Source: Mustelus asterias
Taxonomy: Eukaryota
Assembly: GCF_964213995.1 (NCBI RefSeq)
Contig: NC_135803.1
Coordinates: 49,228,001 to 49,292,000, forward strand
Direction: 5' to 3'
Length of the DNA stretch: 64,000 nucleotides
Shown here: piece by piece, positions 38,626-49,999 of the stretch
Layout: each line of letters opens with the position of its first letter
How positions within the stretch are numbered: the first letter of the stretch is position 1
The notes under the pieces: model-generated
Told to the model about the DNA's origin: nothing
Database searches by the model: none
Seen by the model: only the letters and a program-made list of their open reading frames with translations
Made by a program: the position numbers and the translations under genes

Positions 38626-38964
38626 GGGCGGCATGGTAGCACAGTGGTTAGCACTGCTGCTTCACAGCTCCAGGGACCTGGGTTCGATTCCGGGCTTGGG
38701 TCACTGTCTGTGTGGAGTTTGCACATTCTCCTCGTGTCTGCGTGGGTTTCCTCCGGGTGCTCCGGTTTCCTCTCATAGTCCAAAGATGTGCGGGTTAGGT
38801 TGATTGGCCATGCTAAAATTGCCCTTAGTGTCCTGATATGCGTGGATTAGTGGGTAAATATGTAGGGTTCTGGGGGTAGGGCCTGGGTGGGATTGTGGTC
38901 GGTGCAGACTCGATGGGCCGAATGGCCTCTTTCTGTGCTGTAGGGTTTCTATGATTTCTATGAT
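38626..38964 (+). mobile_element. HE1-type SINE, full length
   Basis: Head, V-domain and CR1 tail. Confidence 0.93.
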
Positions 38965-39369
38965 TCCCACATGTGGGCTGAAATGAATATGAGGCCTAGT
39001 AGAGAAGCTGTGGTTGCCTTTAAATGAGCCAAACACTATTTGCTGTGTGATCGCCTACTCTCAAGTGTATCATTGAGTACTAACTTTGCCATTTCTGTGC
39101 ACTTTGGAATGAACATAAGATTAAAATGTTATCAGTGGCTTCTGAGCACTGAGGAATGATGCCAGCTCTTTTATGACAGACAGTTCAGAAGAGCATGACT
39201 GACTTTGATGTGGTCATGTACAGGCTTTATTCCAGCTGCTGGCACTGTGCCCTCGACCGTCAGTCAATCTCAAATGCCACAAATGTCCATTTATCCGTGA
39301 TCAGTGTGGTGAACCATTGTTGGTTACCACCAGGAGTGCTGAGCCATGGTTTGGCCAGCACTATGAGTT

Positions 39370-39600
39370 TGTAGATATGTTACTGTTGGGGTTAGGGTTG
39401 GGCTGTTCTACCTGGTAATATAGTCCTATGGTACACTCCAGTTGGCTCCGCCTTCCGGGAGAGGTATAAAGGTCACTGCTCTGCCTGGTGACCCTTTAGT
39501 CTGGGATTGTATATTGTATATAGTAGCTCCGTTATTGTTGGTAATAAAAGCCTTTATTTCCCGGGTACATCCAGCCTCCCGTGTGATTTATCGCGCATCA
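39370..39600 (+). mobile_element. Putative young solo LTR
   Basis: TG..CA ends, GC box ctccgcc, TATA ggtataaa, AATAAA, CpG retained; no clear TSD. Confidence 0.55.
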
Positions 39601-39747
39601 ATCAGTATCAAATTGGGTTGGGCAAGAGGAGTCAGCAGTGTTGATCATGTTCTGTTTTCTGCCTTCCACAGACAAAACATTGTCAAGTAGTTTGAGCATC
39701 CCCTCCAATCTGACAAGACTGAAGAAATGATCATCTGGAATGCACTT

Positions 39748-40071
39748 GAATCATAGAATCCCTACAGTACAGAAGGAGGCCATTTGGCCCATTGAGTCTG
39801 CACCGACCACAATCCCACCCAAGCCCTATCCCCGTAACCCTGCGCATTTACCGTGCTAATCCCCCTGACACTAAGGGGCAATTTAGCATAGCCAATCCAC
39901 CTAACCTGCACATCTTTGGATTGTGGGAGGAAGCCAGAGCACCCGGATGAAACCCACGCAGACATGGGGAGAATGTGTAAACTCCACACAGATAGTGACC
40001 TGAGGCCGGAATTGAATTCGGGTCCCTGGCGCTGTGAGGCAGCAGCGCTAACCACTGTGCCACCGTGCCGC
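39748..40071 (-). mobile_element. HE1-type SINE, full length
   Basis: Reverse complement of head, V-domain and CR1 tail. Confidence 0.92.
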
Positions 40072-41710
40072 ACTAGGTGCTGAATTTAAAATAAAAATAA
40101 TGTCAGCTGCAGCACTACTTCAAAAAGTGATATCGGATTCGCTCCACCAGTGGTATCTGAAGATAGCTCCATCACATGTCGAGCTTTATGGAACCTTTGG
40201 AGTCTTGAAATAATAAGCTTTTGGATCATAGGAAGTGTATACTTTTCTGGTTTGACTGCTTTACATTTGAAAATCTGGTAGAGTAGGCATGTTGATGCAA
40301 GGAGCATGACATCCCAATCTGGGAAAAGGAGGAGACTTGTTCTGTATAGTCACTGTCATCAATCACATTAATTTGCACTCTGCTGAGGTCTTCCAAGTTT
40401 GGAGCCAAGCCTATAGATTTTCCCCATTAGGTGTTTAGCGAAGCAGAACATGCATTTCTTGGTTGATGTATTTGAAATGCACTGGATTATTCCCAAAACC
40501 AGAATAATCAAATCTTTTCAAGCTTGAAGAGCGTCAGTCACAGGAGTGGAAATTACAAAAGAAACGGTAGAATTTGCTGCTTAATATAGATATTTCCACA
40601 CCAACGTTGATCAAGGGTCGACACAAATGTCTGCAGTCTTGACTTATCATTCTTTAAAATGGCCTGGTGTGTCCCCCCACCCCGCCCACCCCACCCCATT
40701 AGTCTCGAATATAGTTCTTTCTTTGGTTGTGTACCAAATTTACATCTTGAAGTCTATTGCTGCCACAAATTGTTTTATTTCAATTCTCTTCCCCACGCCT
40801 AGTGATTGCACAAAAGCATACTTTCATCTGTCCCCAGCTAATAACTCCTGGAACACGGCACTAGTTTGCCGCCAGGGGGTTTATAGCTTGGGGGGTGCCA
40901 CACTCCATACCAAGGAGTCTCTCCTGCTCTTATCGCTAGCCATTGGCACATTTGGAAGGATTTATAGGTTGACATGTAACTTGTTTGACTGCGTTATGAA
41001 CACACCTTTCTTGGCTTCTGCATTCTTATCAACACTTTGGCCCAAAATAGTCTGACACTCTCAAAAATGTGTCCAGAGTTTAGAGATGCAGCTTGAGCAG
41101 AAAAAGTGCAACTTATTCCTAAGTGGAATCACTTTGCAAATGTATGCAAGTGTATGGTGACTGAAGGAACATATTCTGGAGCCAAAAACAGCATGCTTAT
41201 GTCATCACAGACTCCGTGTAAAGCACCAGGCCACCTTAAAGAATGATCATTCAAGATCACAGACGTCCGTATTGAAAATATCTACATTGAGCCATAAATT
41301 CCACTGTGCCACAGGATCTCCTCAATTTTTTATGAGTCACGATTTCGTTTGCATTTCTGTCATCACATTTTTCTTTGGCCACACCCCATCTCAGAAATTG
41401 ACACATCTTCTACTCACTCAAGTCAATGGTCAAAGATCGCCTTCTTACGGGTCGCCGCTATCTGAGCGCCATCCAAACCAGTTGTAACCAAGAAGGTCTG
41501 GAAACCTGAAATGCATCAATCCCATGGCATAGTTGGATCTTATGGCAAAAGAAGGAAAGATGCTGGAGGCTGTAAATTTGAAGTATTCCCCATCTTCTTT
41601 GCCAGTTATTTTGTTATGTGCGTCTATGAGATCTGCAGAGATGACACACACTAGGTTCTGTATAAACAGGAACTGCCTGTAGCCACAAGCTTTCAGTTTT
41701 TCTGTGAGTT

Positions 41711-41985
41711 CATTTATTACTGTCACAAGTAGGCTTGCATTGACACTGCAATGAAGTTACTGTGAAAATCCCCGAGTCGCCACTCTCCGACGCCTGTTCG
41801 AGTAAACGGAGCGAGAATTTAGCACGGCCAATGCACCTAACCAGCAAGTCTTTCAGACTGTGGGAGGAAACCGGAGCACCCAGAGAAAGCCCACGTAGAC
41901 ACGGGGAGAACATGCAGACTCCTGAGGCCGCGAATCGAACGCAGATCCCTGGCACTGTGAGGCAGCAGTGCTAACCACTGTGCCA
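41711..41985 (-). mobile_element. V-SINE, alternative-tail subfamily
   Basis: gtcacaagtaggc..ctgcaatgaagttactgtg tail and head. Confidence 0.87.
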
Positions 41986-42266
41986 ACACTGTAACAGTAT
42001 AAAGCACAGCGAACAGACACATAATCAAACACCGGATTGAACTATTCGACACATCAGTGATCACCCTTGCTGAACGTCAATCGCAGAACTTCAATTCAAA
42101 TTAAACAGTCTTGTTCTTGCTGAAAACCAAACTTCACTTCATTCATTATCGTATCTAGCTGATAAAACTAATTTCCCTCATAAAATTTAAGTTTTACAAA
42201 ATACTGCAGATACTAGAAATCAAAAATAGAAACAAGAAATACTAAAAATCCTCATTGAATCTGACA

Positions 42267-42542
42267 GTGGCACGGTAGCACAATGGTTAGCACTGCTGCC
42301 TCACAGCACCAGGGACCTGGGTTCGATTCCTGGCTTGGGTCGCTGTCTGTGTGGAGTTTGCACGTTCTCCCCGTGTCTGCGTGAGTTTCCTCCGGGTGCT
42401 CCGGTTTCCTCCCATAGTCTGAAAGACTATGGTTAGATGCATTGACCCAAACAGGCGCCGGACTGTGGCAACCAGGGGAATTTCACAGTAACTTCATTGC
42501 AATGTTAATGTAAGCCTTACTTGTGACTAATAAATAAACTTT
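42267..42542 (+). mobile_element. V-SINE, alternative-tail subfamily, inserted in an old palindromic PLE-type remnant (~42198-42640)
   Basis: Head, V-domain and tail; flanks aaatactgcagatactagaaatc.. and ..ctgccagacc..ttttcta. Confidence 0.88.
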
Positions 42543-43831
42543 AAAAAGCATCTGCAAAAGAGAAACAGGATTTTAACTCTGTTTCTCTCTTCACAGAGGC
42601 TGCCAGACCATCTGTTTCCAGAATTTTCTATTTTTACTTCCATTTTGTGATCTTTTTTGCTTTCAGGACATTTAATGTTGCATGACATCCACCTTGAGCA
42701 ACTTCCCTGCTTCTCTCCAAATAAATTAGTTGATTCACTTCAGCATCACAGATGACAACACAGCAGAGATCAGAAGTTCACTATAAAAGGAGTAGTAGGT
42801 ACAAGCCCTATCCAATCGCTACCACCACGTGGTTCTTTTATCTTTAAAAAAACATTGTGCAGTAAGAAACCAAGGCTGGATTTTCCATGGGAGACTGGAA
42901 AGAGGAGGTAGGTTCATTTCCTGGTTGCAAACCTGCCTCCGTCTCGAAACCGGTACCGGCAGTGATTTCCCCTGGGTCCGACCCTCAATGAGATATAGGA
43001 GAGGTCCACTATCCAATTAGGCTGCCAGGATGCAGGAATACAGGTAGACATGTCCCGAGGGAGAAGGATGAGAGACCCACCTCGGCCATGTCTGAATTAC
43101 TCCACTCACTTTAGTGCTGGCAAAGGCTCCTCCAGCAAGGGGAGAAAAATGCTGTTCTGAATCTCTGTGCTGTCCTTTATTTGTTAAGCCCTCTGCAAAC
43201 TGACCTCTCAAAGAGCACAAAATCAGTTTTCAAAACTTTTAAAGGGTGCATTGCTTTGAGCCTGTACTATGCTGGCTCAGAGAGCTCTTTACAAAGAGTC
43301 CTTTGTATTCTCTCCTCCCACACAGACTGCATCATACAGCTACTGAGGATTCTACTCTCTTTCCACATAAAACAGCCTCTTCCAATTACCCTGTGCAACC
43401 ATCCTAAAGATGGGAGGCGAAGGACTGAACAATACCTGGCACACTCCTGTCTTCACACAATCCTATCAAAGTGTGGAGTTCAGTGAACTCTAGCATTTAA
43501 TAATGACACACACAAGAAGCCATTCCATGATGGCCTGACATGAGACACATATCAAGATTCGGTACTTGGGAGAAGCGAGAACAGTGCTCCCATCTACATA
43601 AATTCTTTGAAGCTGTGCAGCTCTTGGACTCCTCCATTCTCACTCCATGTGGCAGATGAGCACAATGATGTCTCGGGGCTTGGTGTGTATGTGTTCCTCC
43701 CCTGAATGGGTGACAAACCTCAAGAAGATTCACCTGCAGAAAACCTTGAATGCATGTGGTAGCAGCATGCTATGTACACAGGATTCATGACTCAGACTAC
43801 ATAAAGCACTAGTCATTTCATGTAATCCATG

Positions 43832-43961
43832 GGCAGTAATCCATCTCACTGCGACAGTGCAGACTACAGGCAATAGTCCATCTTACTGTGACAGTGCAGA
43901 CTGCCGGCAGTAGTCCATCTCACTGTGATAGTGCAGATTGCAGGCAGTAGTTCATCTCACT
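43832..43961. repeat. 37-bp minisatellite, about 3.5 units
   Basis: Unit ggcagtagtccatctcactgtgacagtgcagactgca at 43832, 43869, 43906 and 43943. Confidence 0.9.
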
Positions 43962-46299
43962 TGCATAGGCTGCATGCAGAGTTGTCTTTCTTGTGCCAAT
44001 GCAGGTTGGCTACATTTGCAGTCATGTGATTAGACTCAGAGGCCTCATGCATCAGCTGAACCTTTGCTGGATCAAGAGCACCCTCGCAATCATGGCTCCC
44101 AGGGCAGTCTGATGTCAACATGGTTGCAAAGAATAAGTCCCTGGACTTTGGAAAATCCAGCAATTGGTGGAAAATTGGTGCCAGCATAGTACAGGCTCAT
44201 GGTGCTGCAGCAATGTGCTGCTGCGCTGCTTTGAATGCCTCTATTTGCATTGGTCCAGCACCCAGTCCCAAGTGCACTCTTCTTGATCAGATGTGGTTCA
44301 GACGATATGGTCCAATAGCAACAATAGCAAAGTCCAGTCGATGCCAGGAGGATGGCCAGCCCCTGAAGTGGTAAGGACCTTACCCAAGCCTCCTTTCTTT
44401 CCCTTGATGAAGTGCAATTCTGCAGTGCATGCAGGGAACTTTTTCAACCAGTTGAACGTTTTCTCCTCAAAGTTCCCTTGCCTTCTGACTCGCCTCCATT
44501 TGCAACCACACCTTCACCTCACTGGGCGTAATCACAGGGCTCCCAAATCCTGGTCGCCACCAACAAGGTCCCATTGGGTCAAATGTCAAGCCGCTAACTG
44601 AGGCTTTAACAAATTCATCTGGCTTCAGAATAGACATGCATCTGTTCCGAACCCCAAGCTCTTTCCCACGCTGCTGAAAAGGAGTGCGGAAATGGAGCAG
44701 GAACTTCCATCCACACTGCTTTTCCTTTGTCCCACTTCTGTTTTGGTTCAATTCAGAATGGGAAGATCTATCCCCGAGAATGAAGTCCAAGAATCAACGG
44801 GCATTGCTGCGGTGAATTCTGTACTTGGACTCTAACCTTACCAAAATTCTGACATCCTGCAGTGATGTAATATAACACTGCCTGACATTGTGTATGACCT
44901 TACTGGAAGAACAACATTGTGCTCAGCACCAGTGGTTCATGCTCCCTGAGGCTTATTGCAGGAACAGCTTACTCAGCTCACGATTCAATTGCATCATCAC
45001 CATCACAAGTCAAGCAACTGCCAAAACAATAAAGAGATGGAGAGTAAGCAACTATTTCAGTTAATAAACTTATTCTCAGCAGGCAAAGGCACTTTATGAT
45101 CAAGATCATATTTTTCTTATACGACATCTGCTTTTCAGCAATAAATTATCCTGTTAACCAAAATCTCACAGCTATATTCCTTCATGCACATCCAGTCAAC
45201 AGTTTCAAAGACGGCAAAAGGCAAAGTAATAGCTATTATATTCTGACCTTGACCATTCAGCCAGGCTCTGCTTGAGCATGCATGGCCAAGTGTACCACCT
45301 CTTACATCTAATAACATTGTCCAGACATGCAAGTTTCCCAGTAACATTAATGTGGATGATCTAGGTTAGCTTAATATTGTCCAGTAAAGTTCATGCATTT
45401 TAAAAATGCTCATTTAGAGTGCAAGTATTACATTATGGTTAATTTGGAAAATATGGGGTTCAAATTTACTTTGGCTTACAACACATCACGAATGAATCCA
45501 ATTATGTTTCCTGTCTTGTATCTTTGTAGGTGAACTTTAATTGTGGATTGATTACAGAGTAGAAAATCATCGACCCATGGGCTTTTTATGCACACTAAAA
45601 TGTACAAAAGCATGACCGTTTTTTTTCCAGAATACTTGCACTGATGATTTAAATGGAATATATATTCACAACGAGTTAGCAATCTGCACTTTGATCAGGT
45701 AACCTCATCTAATTTCAGTCTGATGATGCAACTTCCATTTTAGCAGCTTGTCCTAAATGAATCAAGTTTAAATAGAATCAATCCACTTCATCAATAGAAT
45801 AAAAAAAGCTGTCTATAACTCACTGCATTTCAAACTCAGCAAGCGTATGACGGAGCTCTCTTTTTGAGGTCAAAGTCAAGGTTAAAGGAAACTTCAGGTC
45901 AGTGTTAAACATTCTCCCAGGTTGCATTGTACTGGCCACTCGCACAAGAAATCTAAGCATCTTAGGCTCAGGAGTGCATCAAGATTTCATCATGCAAATT
46001 ATGGGATGGAGCAAATTTACCCCCTTCAATCCAAACTGTAATCTGTGATTTTCATAACTTTAGTACATCCTCCTTCAATCTTCCAGTAAATGGGCTAAAA
46101 ATATTTTGATGAGACGCCAAGTTATTTTTCTTTTAACTACAAACAGGTAAACATAGAGTAACAGGAGCAATCAAATCTCACCTTAATCCAACTAATTTGT
46201 ATCCTTTCATAAAAAAGTCACATCATCCCAATTCACATCACATTATCCCAATTAAGAATCCTCCAATTTCCTGGTCAGCCTTCCGATTCTGATTCAACC

Positions 46300-46870
46300 T
46301 GGGCGGACGTTGAACATACCTACACTACAAAAGTGCCGGGCAATGACCATTTGCAACGATTGGGAATCTAACCATCTCCCCTTGACATTCAGTAATGTAA
46401 TACTTGCATTACTGCTGAATTTCTCCATCCTGGAGGTAACCACTGATCTATACCTGAACTGGATCAGCCATATGAATACAGGAGCAGATCAGAGGTGGGG
46501 AATACTACAGTGAGCAACTCCCCTCTTGATTTCCCAAAGTCTGTTCAACATCTACAAGGCAAAATGACCTTCCTTCCATCATAAGGTCAGAAGTGGGATG
46601 TTCACTGATGACTGCATAATGTTTAGCACCATTTGCAACTCTCAGACCTTGAAGCAGTCTTTGTCCAAATTCAGCAAGACTTGGACAATATTCAGGTTTA
46701 AGCTGATAACTGGCAATGACCATTCACATCACACAAGTGCCAGGCAATGACAGATAATGTAACCATTGCTCCTCGACATTCAATGAAATTAAAATCACTG
46801 AATCGATATCATGGGGTTACCATTAATCAAACTGAACTGGACGAGCCTTACAAGTATTGTTGCTACAACA
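46300..46870 (+). mobile_element. Two overlapping old fragments of the CR1/L2-group LINE RT 3' region
   Basis: aagtgcc(a/g)ggcaatgac occurs twice; gggatgttcactgatgactgc (FADD-derived); similar to 19490-19870. Confidence 0.7.
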
Positions 46871-47130
46871 GGGGAGATGATGGCCTAGTAGTATTATCAC
46901 TCGACTATTAATCCAGAAACCCAGATAATGTTCTGGGGACCTGGGCTCGGATCCCGCCACGGCAGATGGTGGAATTTGAATTCAATTAAAAATATCTGGA
47001 ATTAAGTGTCTACTGACGACCATGAAACCATTGTTGATTGTTGGAAAAACCCATCTGGTTCACTAATGTCCGTAAGAAGTTTAACAACACCAGGTTAAAG
47101 TCCAACAGGTTTATTTGGTAGCAAAAGCCA

Positions 47131-47167
47131 CACAAGCTTTCGAGGCTCTGAGCCCCTTCTTCAGGTG
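47131..47167 (-). ncRNA. Hammerhead ribozyme motif, left pLTR
   Basis: Exact reverse complement of 49433-49469. Confidence 0.8.
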
Positions 47168-47449
47168 AGTGGGAATTCTGTTCACAAACAGAACTTATAA
47201 GACACAGACTCAATTTACATGAATAATGGTTGGAATGCGAATACTTACAACTAATCCAGTCTTTAAGAAACAAAACAATGTGAGTGGAGAGAGCATCAAG
47301 ACAGGCTAAAAAGATGTGTATTGTCTCCAGACAAGACAGCCAGTGAAACTCTGCAGGTCCACGCAACTGTGGGAGTTACAAATAGTGTGACATAAATTCT
47401 GATTCTAGGATCGCATGATAAAGACTCAGGAGGAAAAAAGCAGAAATAT

Positions 47450-48400
47450 TTATGTGAAATAGTGTGACATAAACCCAATATCCCGGTTGAGGCCGTCCTT
47501 GTGTGTGCGGAACCTGGCTATCAGTTTCTGCTCCGCGACTCTGCGCTGTCGTGTGTCGCGAAGGCCGCCTTGGAGAACGCTTACCCGAATATCAGAGGCC
47601 GAATGCCCGTGACCGCTGAAGTGCTCCCCAACAGGAAGAGAACAGTCTTGCCTGGTGATTGTCGAGCGGTGTTCATTCATCCGTTGTCGCAGCGTCTGCA
47701 TAGTTTCCCCAATGTACCATGCCTCGGGACATCCTTTCTTGCAGCGTATCAGGTAGACAACGTTGGCCGAGTTGCAAGAGTATGTACCGTGTACCTGGTG
47801 GATGGTGTTCTCACGTGAGATGATGGCATCTGTGTCGATGATCCGGCACGTCTTGCAGAGGTTGCTGTGGCAGGGTTGCGTGGTGTCTTGGTCACTGTTC
47901 TCCTGAAGGCTGGGTAGTTTGCTGCGGACAATGGTCTGTTTGAGGTTGTGCGGTTGTTTGAAGGCAAGAAGTGGGGGTGTGGGGATGGCCTTGGCGAGAT
48001 GTTCGTCTTCATCAATGACATGTTGAAGGCTCCGGAGGAGATGCCGTAGCTTCTCCGCTCCGGGGAAGTACTGGACAACGAAGGGTACTCTGTCCACTGT
48101 GTCCCGTGTTTGTCTTCTGAGGAGGTCGGTGCGGTTTTTCGCTGTGGCGCGTTGGAACTGTTGATCAATGAGTCTAGCGCCATATCCTGTTCTTATGAGG
48201 GCATCTTTCAGCGTCTGGAGGTGTCTGTTGCGATCCTCCTCATCCGAGCAGATCCTGTGTATACGGAGGGCTTGTCCGTAGGGGATGGCTTCTTTAACGT
48301 GTTTAGGGTGGAAGCTGGAGAAGTGGAGCATCGTGAGGTTATCCGTGGGCTTGCGGTACAGTGAGGTGCTGAGGTGACCGTCCAAGAATGGAGATGCGCG
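47450..48400 (-). pseudogene. 5'-truncated but uninterrupted PLE ORF: RT thumb + Cys linker + GIY-YIG endonuclease
   Basis: LYRKPTDNLTMLHFSSFHP..IPYGQALRIHRICS; PCHSNLCKTC; NVVYLIRC..YIGET..RMNEH. No start codon and no RT core. Confidence 0.9.
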
Positions 48401-48412
48401 TGGACACGATAT

Positions 48413-49150
48413 GGATATGGCGCTAGACTCATTGATCAACAGTTCCAACGCGCCACAGCGAAAAACCGCACCGACCTCCTCAGAAGACAAACACGGGACA
48501 CAGTGGACAGAGTACCCTTCGTTGTCCAGTACTTCCCCGGAGCAGAGAAGCTACGGCATCTCCTCCGGAGCCTTCAACATGTCATTGATGAAGACGAACA
48601 TCTCGCCAAGGCCATCCCCACACCCCCACTTCTTGCCTTCAAACAACCGCACAACCTCAAACAGACCATTGTCCGCAGCAAACTACCCAGCCTTCAGGAG
48701 AACAGTGACCAAGACACCACACAACCCTGCCACAGCAACCTCTGCAAGACGTGCCGGATCATCGACACAGATGCCATCATCTCACGTGAGAACACCATCC
48801 ACCAGGTACACGGTACATACTCTTGCAACTCGGCCAACGTTGTCTACCTGATACGCTGCAAGAAAGGATGTCCCGAGGCATGGTACATTGGGGAAACTAT
48901 GCAGACGCTGCGACAACGGATGAATGAACACCGCTCGACAATCACCAGGCAAGACTGTTCTCTTCCTGTTGGGGAGCACTTCAGCGGTCACGGGCATTCG
49001 GCCTCTGATATTCGGGTAAGCGTTCTCCAAGGCGGCCTTCGCGACACACGACAGCGCAGAGTCGCGGAGCAGAAACTGATAGCCAGGTTCCGCACACACA
49101 AGGACGGCCTCAACCGGGATATTGGGTTTATGTCACACTATTTCACATAA
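48413..49150 (+). pseudogene. 5'-truncated PLE ORF (linker + GIY-YIG endonuclease), mirror copy
   Basis: Protein identical to the minus-strand copy from GYGARLID to MSHYFT. Confidence 0.9.
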
Positions 49151-49432
49151 ATATTTCTGCTTTTTTCCTCCTGAGTCTTTATCATGCGATCCTAGAATCA
49201 GAATTTATGTCACACTATTTGTAACTCCCACAGTTGCGTGGACCTGCAGAGTTTCACTGGCTGTCTTGTCTGGAGACAATACACATCTTTTTAGCCTGTC
49301 TTGATGCTCTCTCCACTCACATTGTTTTGTTTCTTAAAGACTGGATTAGTTGTAAGTATTCGCATTCCAACCATTATTCATGTAAATTGAGTCTGTGTCT
49401 TATAAGTTCTGTTTGTGAACAGAATTCCCACT

Positions 49433-49469
49433 CACCTGAAGAAGGGGCTCAGAGCCTCGAAAGCTTGTG
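49433..49469 (+). ncRNA. Hammerhead ribozyme motif, right pLTR
   Basis: cac-CTGAAGA-a-ggggct(cag)agcctc-GAAA-gctt-gtg. Confidence 0.8.
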
Positions 49470-49999
49470 TGGCTTTTGCTACCAAATAAACCTGTTGGAC
49501 TTTAACCTGGTGTTGTTAAACTTCTTACTGTGTTTACCCCAGTCCAACGCCGGCATCTCCACATCATCACTAATGTCCTTCAGGGAAGGAAATCTGCCGT
49601 CCTTACCTGGTCTGGCCTACATGTGACTCCAGAGCCACAGCAATGTGGTTGACTCTCAATTGCCCTCTGAAATGGCCTAGCAAGCCACTCAGTTGTAACA
49701 ATCGCTACAAAGTCTCAACAAAGAAATGAAACTGGACAGGCCACCTGGCATCGACCTAGGCACCGGAAAAGGCAACGGCAAAACAAACAGCTCTGTCGAC
49801 CCTGCAAAGTCCTCCTTACTAACATCTGTGGGCTAGTGCCAAAATTGGGAGAACTGTCTCACAGACTAGTCAAGCAACAGTCTGACATAGTTATTCTCAC
49901 AGAATCAGACCTTACACATAACACCCCAGACATCAACATTACTATCCCTGGATATGTCCTGTCCCACCGGCAGGACAGACCCAGCAGAGGAAGTGCCTA

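Larger units (their letters stand above)
37300..41560 (-). mobile_element. Fossil Gypsy LTR retrotransposon internal region (gag-PR-RT-RNaseH-IN), heavily decayed, with nested SINEs and an LTR
   Basis: In order on the minus strand: FQTFLVTTGLD..RKKAI (gag, ~41450), LINVGVEISIL (PR, ~40600), KAVKPEKYTLP..KLDM (RT, ~40200), SAFQMII..LLDN (RT, ~39700), ADSLS (RH end, ~38310), HFALEGHQD..IRNC (IN zinc finger, ~37950), APLQPSPWP..PWQ..SKWSE (IN core, ~37750). Confidence 0.75.
47072..49566. mobile_element. Young Penelope-like (Neptune) insertion forming a 1116-bp inverted repeat, 12-bp TSD
   Basis: Arms 47072-48187 and 48413-49528; 38-nt tail 49529-49566; TSD tcactaatgtcc at 47060-47071 and 49567-49578. 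Confidence 0.96.
46871..49997 (+). mobile_element. tRNA-derived SINE head (SacSINE1/Deu-SINE-like) contiguous with a LINE APE endonuclease N-terminus, split by the Penelope at 47072-49566
   Basis: A/B-box-like tggcctagtag and gggctcggatcc; body ccatctggttcactaatgtcc|ttcagggaaggaaatctgccgtcc; then GLVPKLGELSHRLVKQQSDIVILTES..IPGY..RQDRPSRG. Confidence 0.72.

Noticed and set aside
39388-39402. Telomere-like ggggttagggttggg
   Set aside because: A single TTAGGG inside a putative LTR, not an array.
43832-43961. CRISPR-like 37-bp palindromic repeats
   Set aside because: The units are directly adjacent with no unique spacers, there are no cas genes, and the context is eukaryotic.
47450-48490. 346-aa ORF (and the 258-aa mirror) as an intact gene
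   Set aside because: The N-termini are read from the antisense strand across the inversion junction; the true PLE start and RT core are absent.
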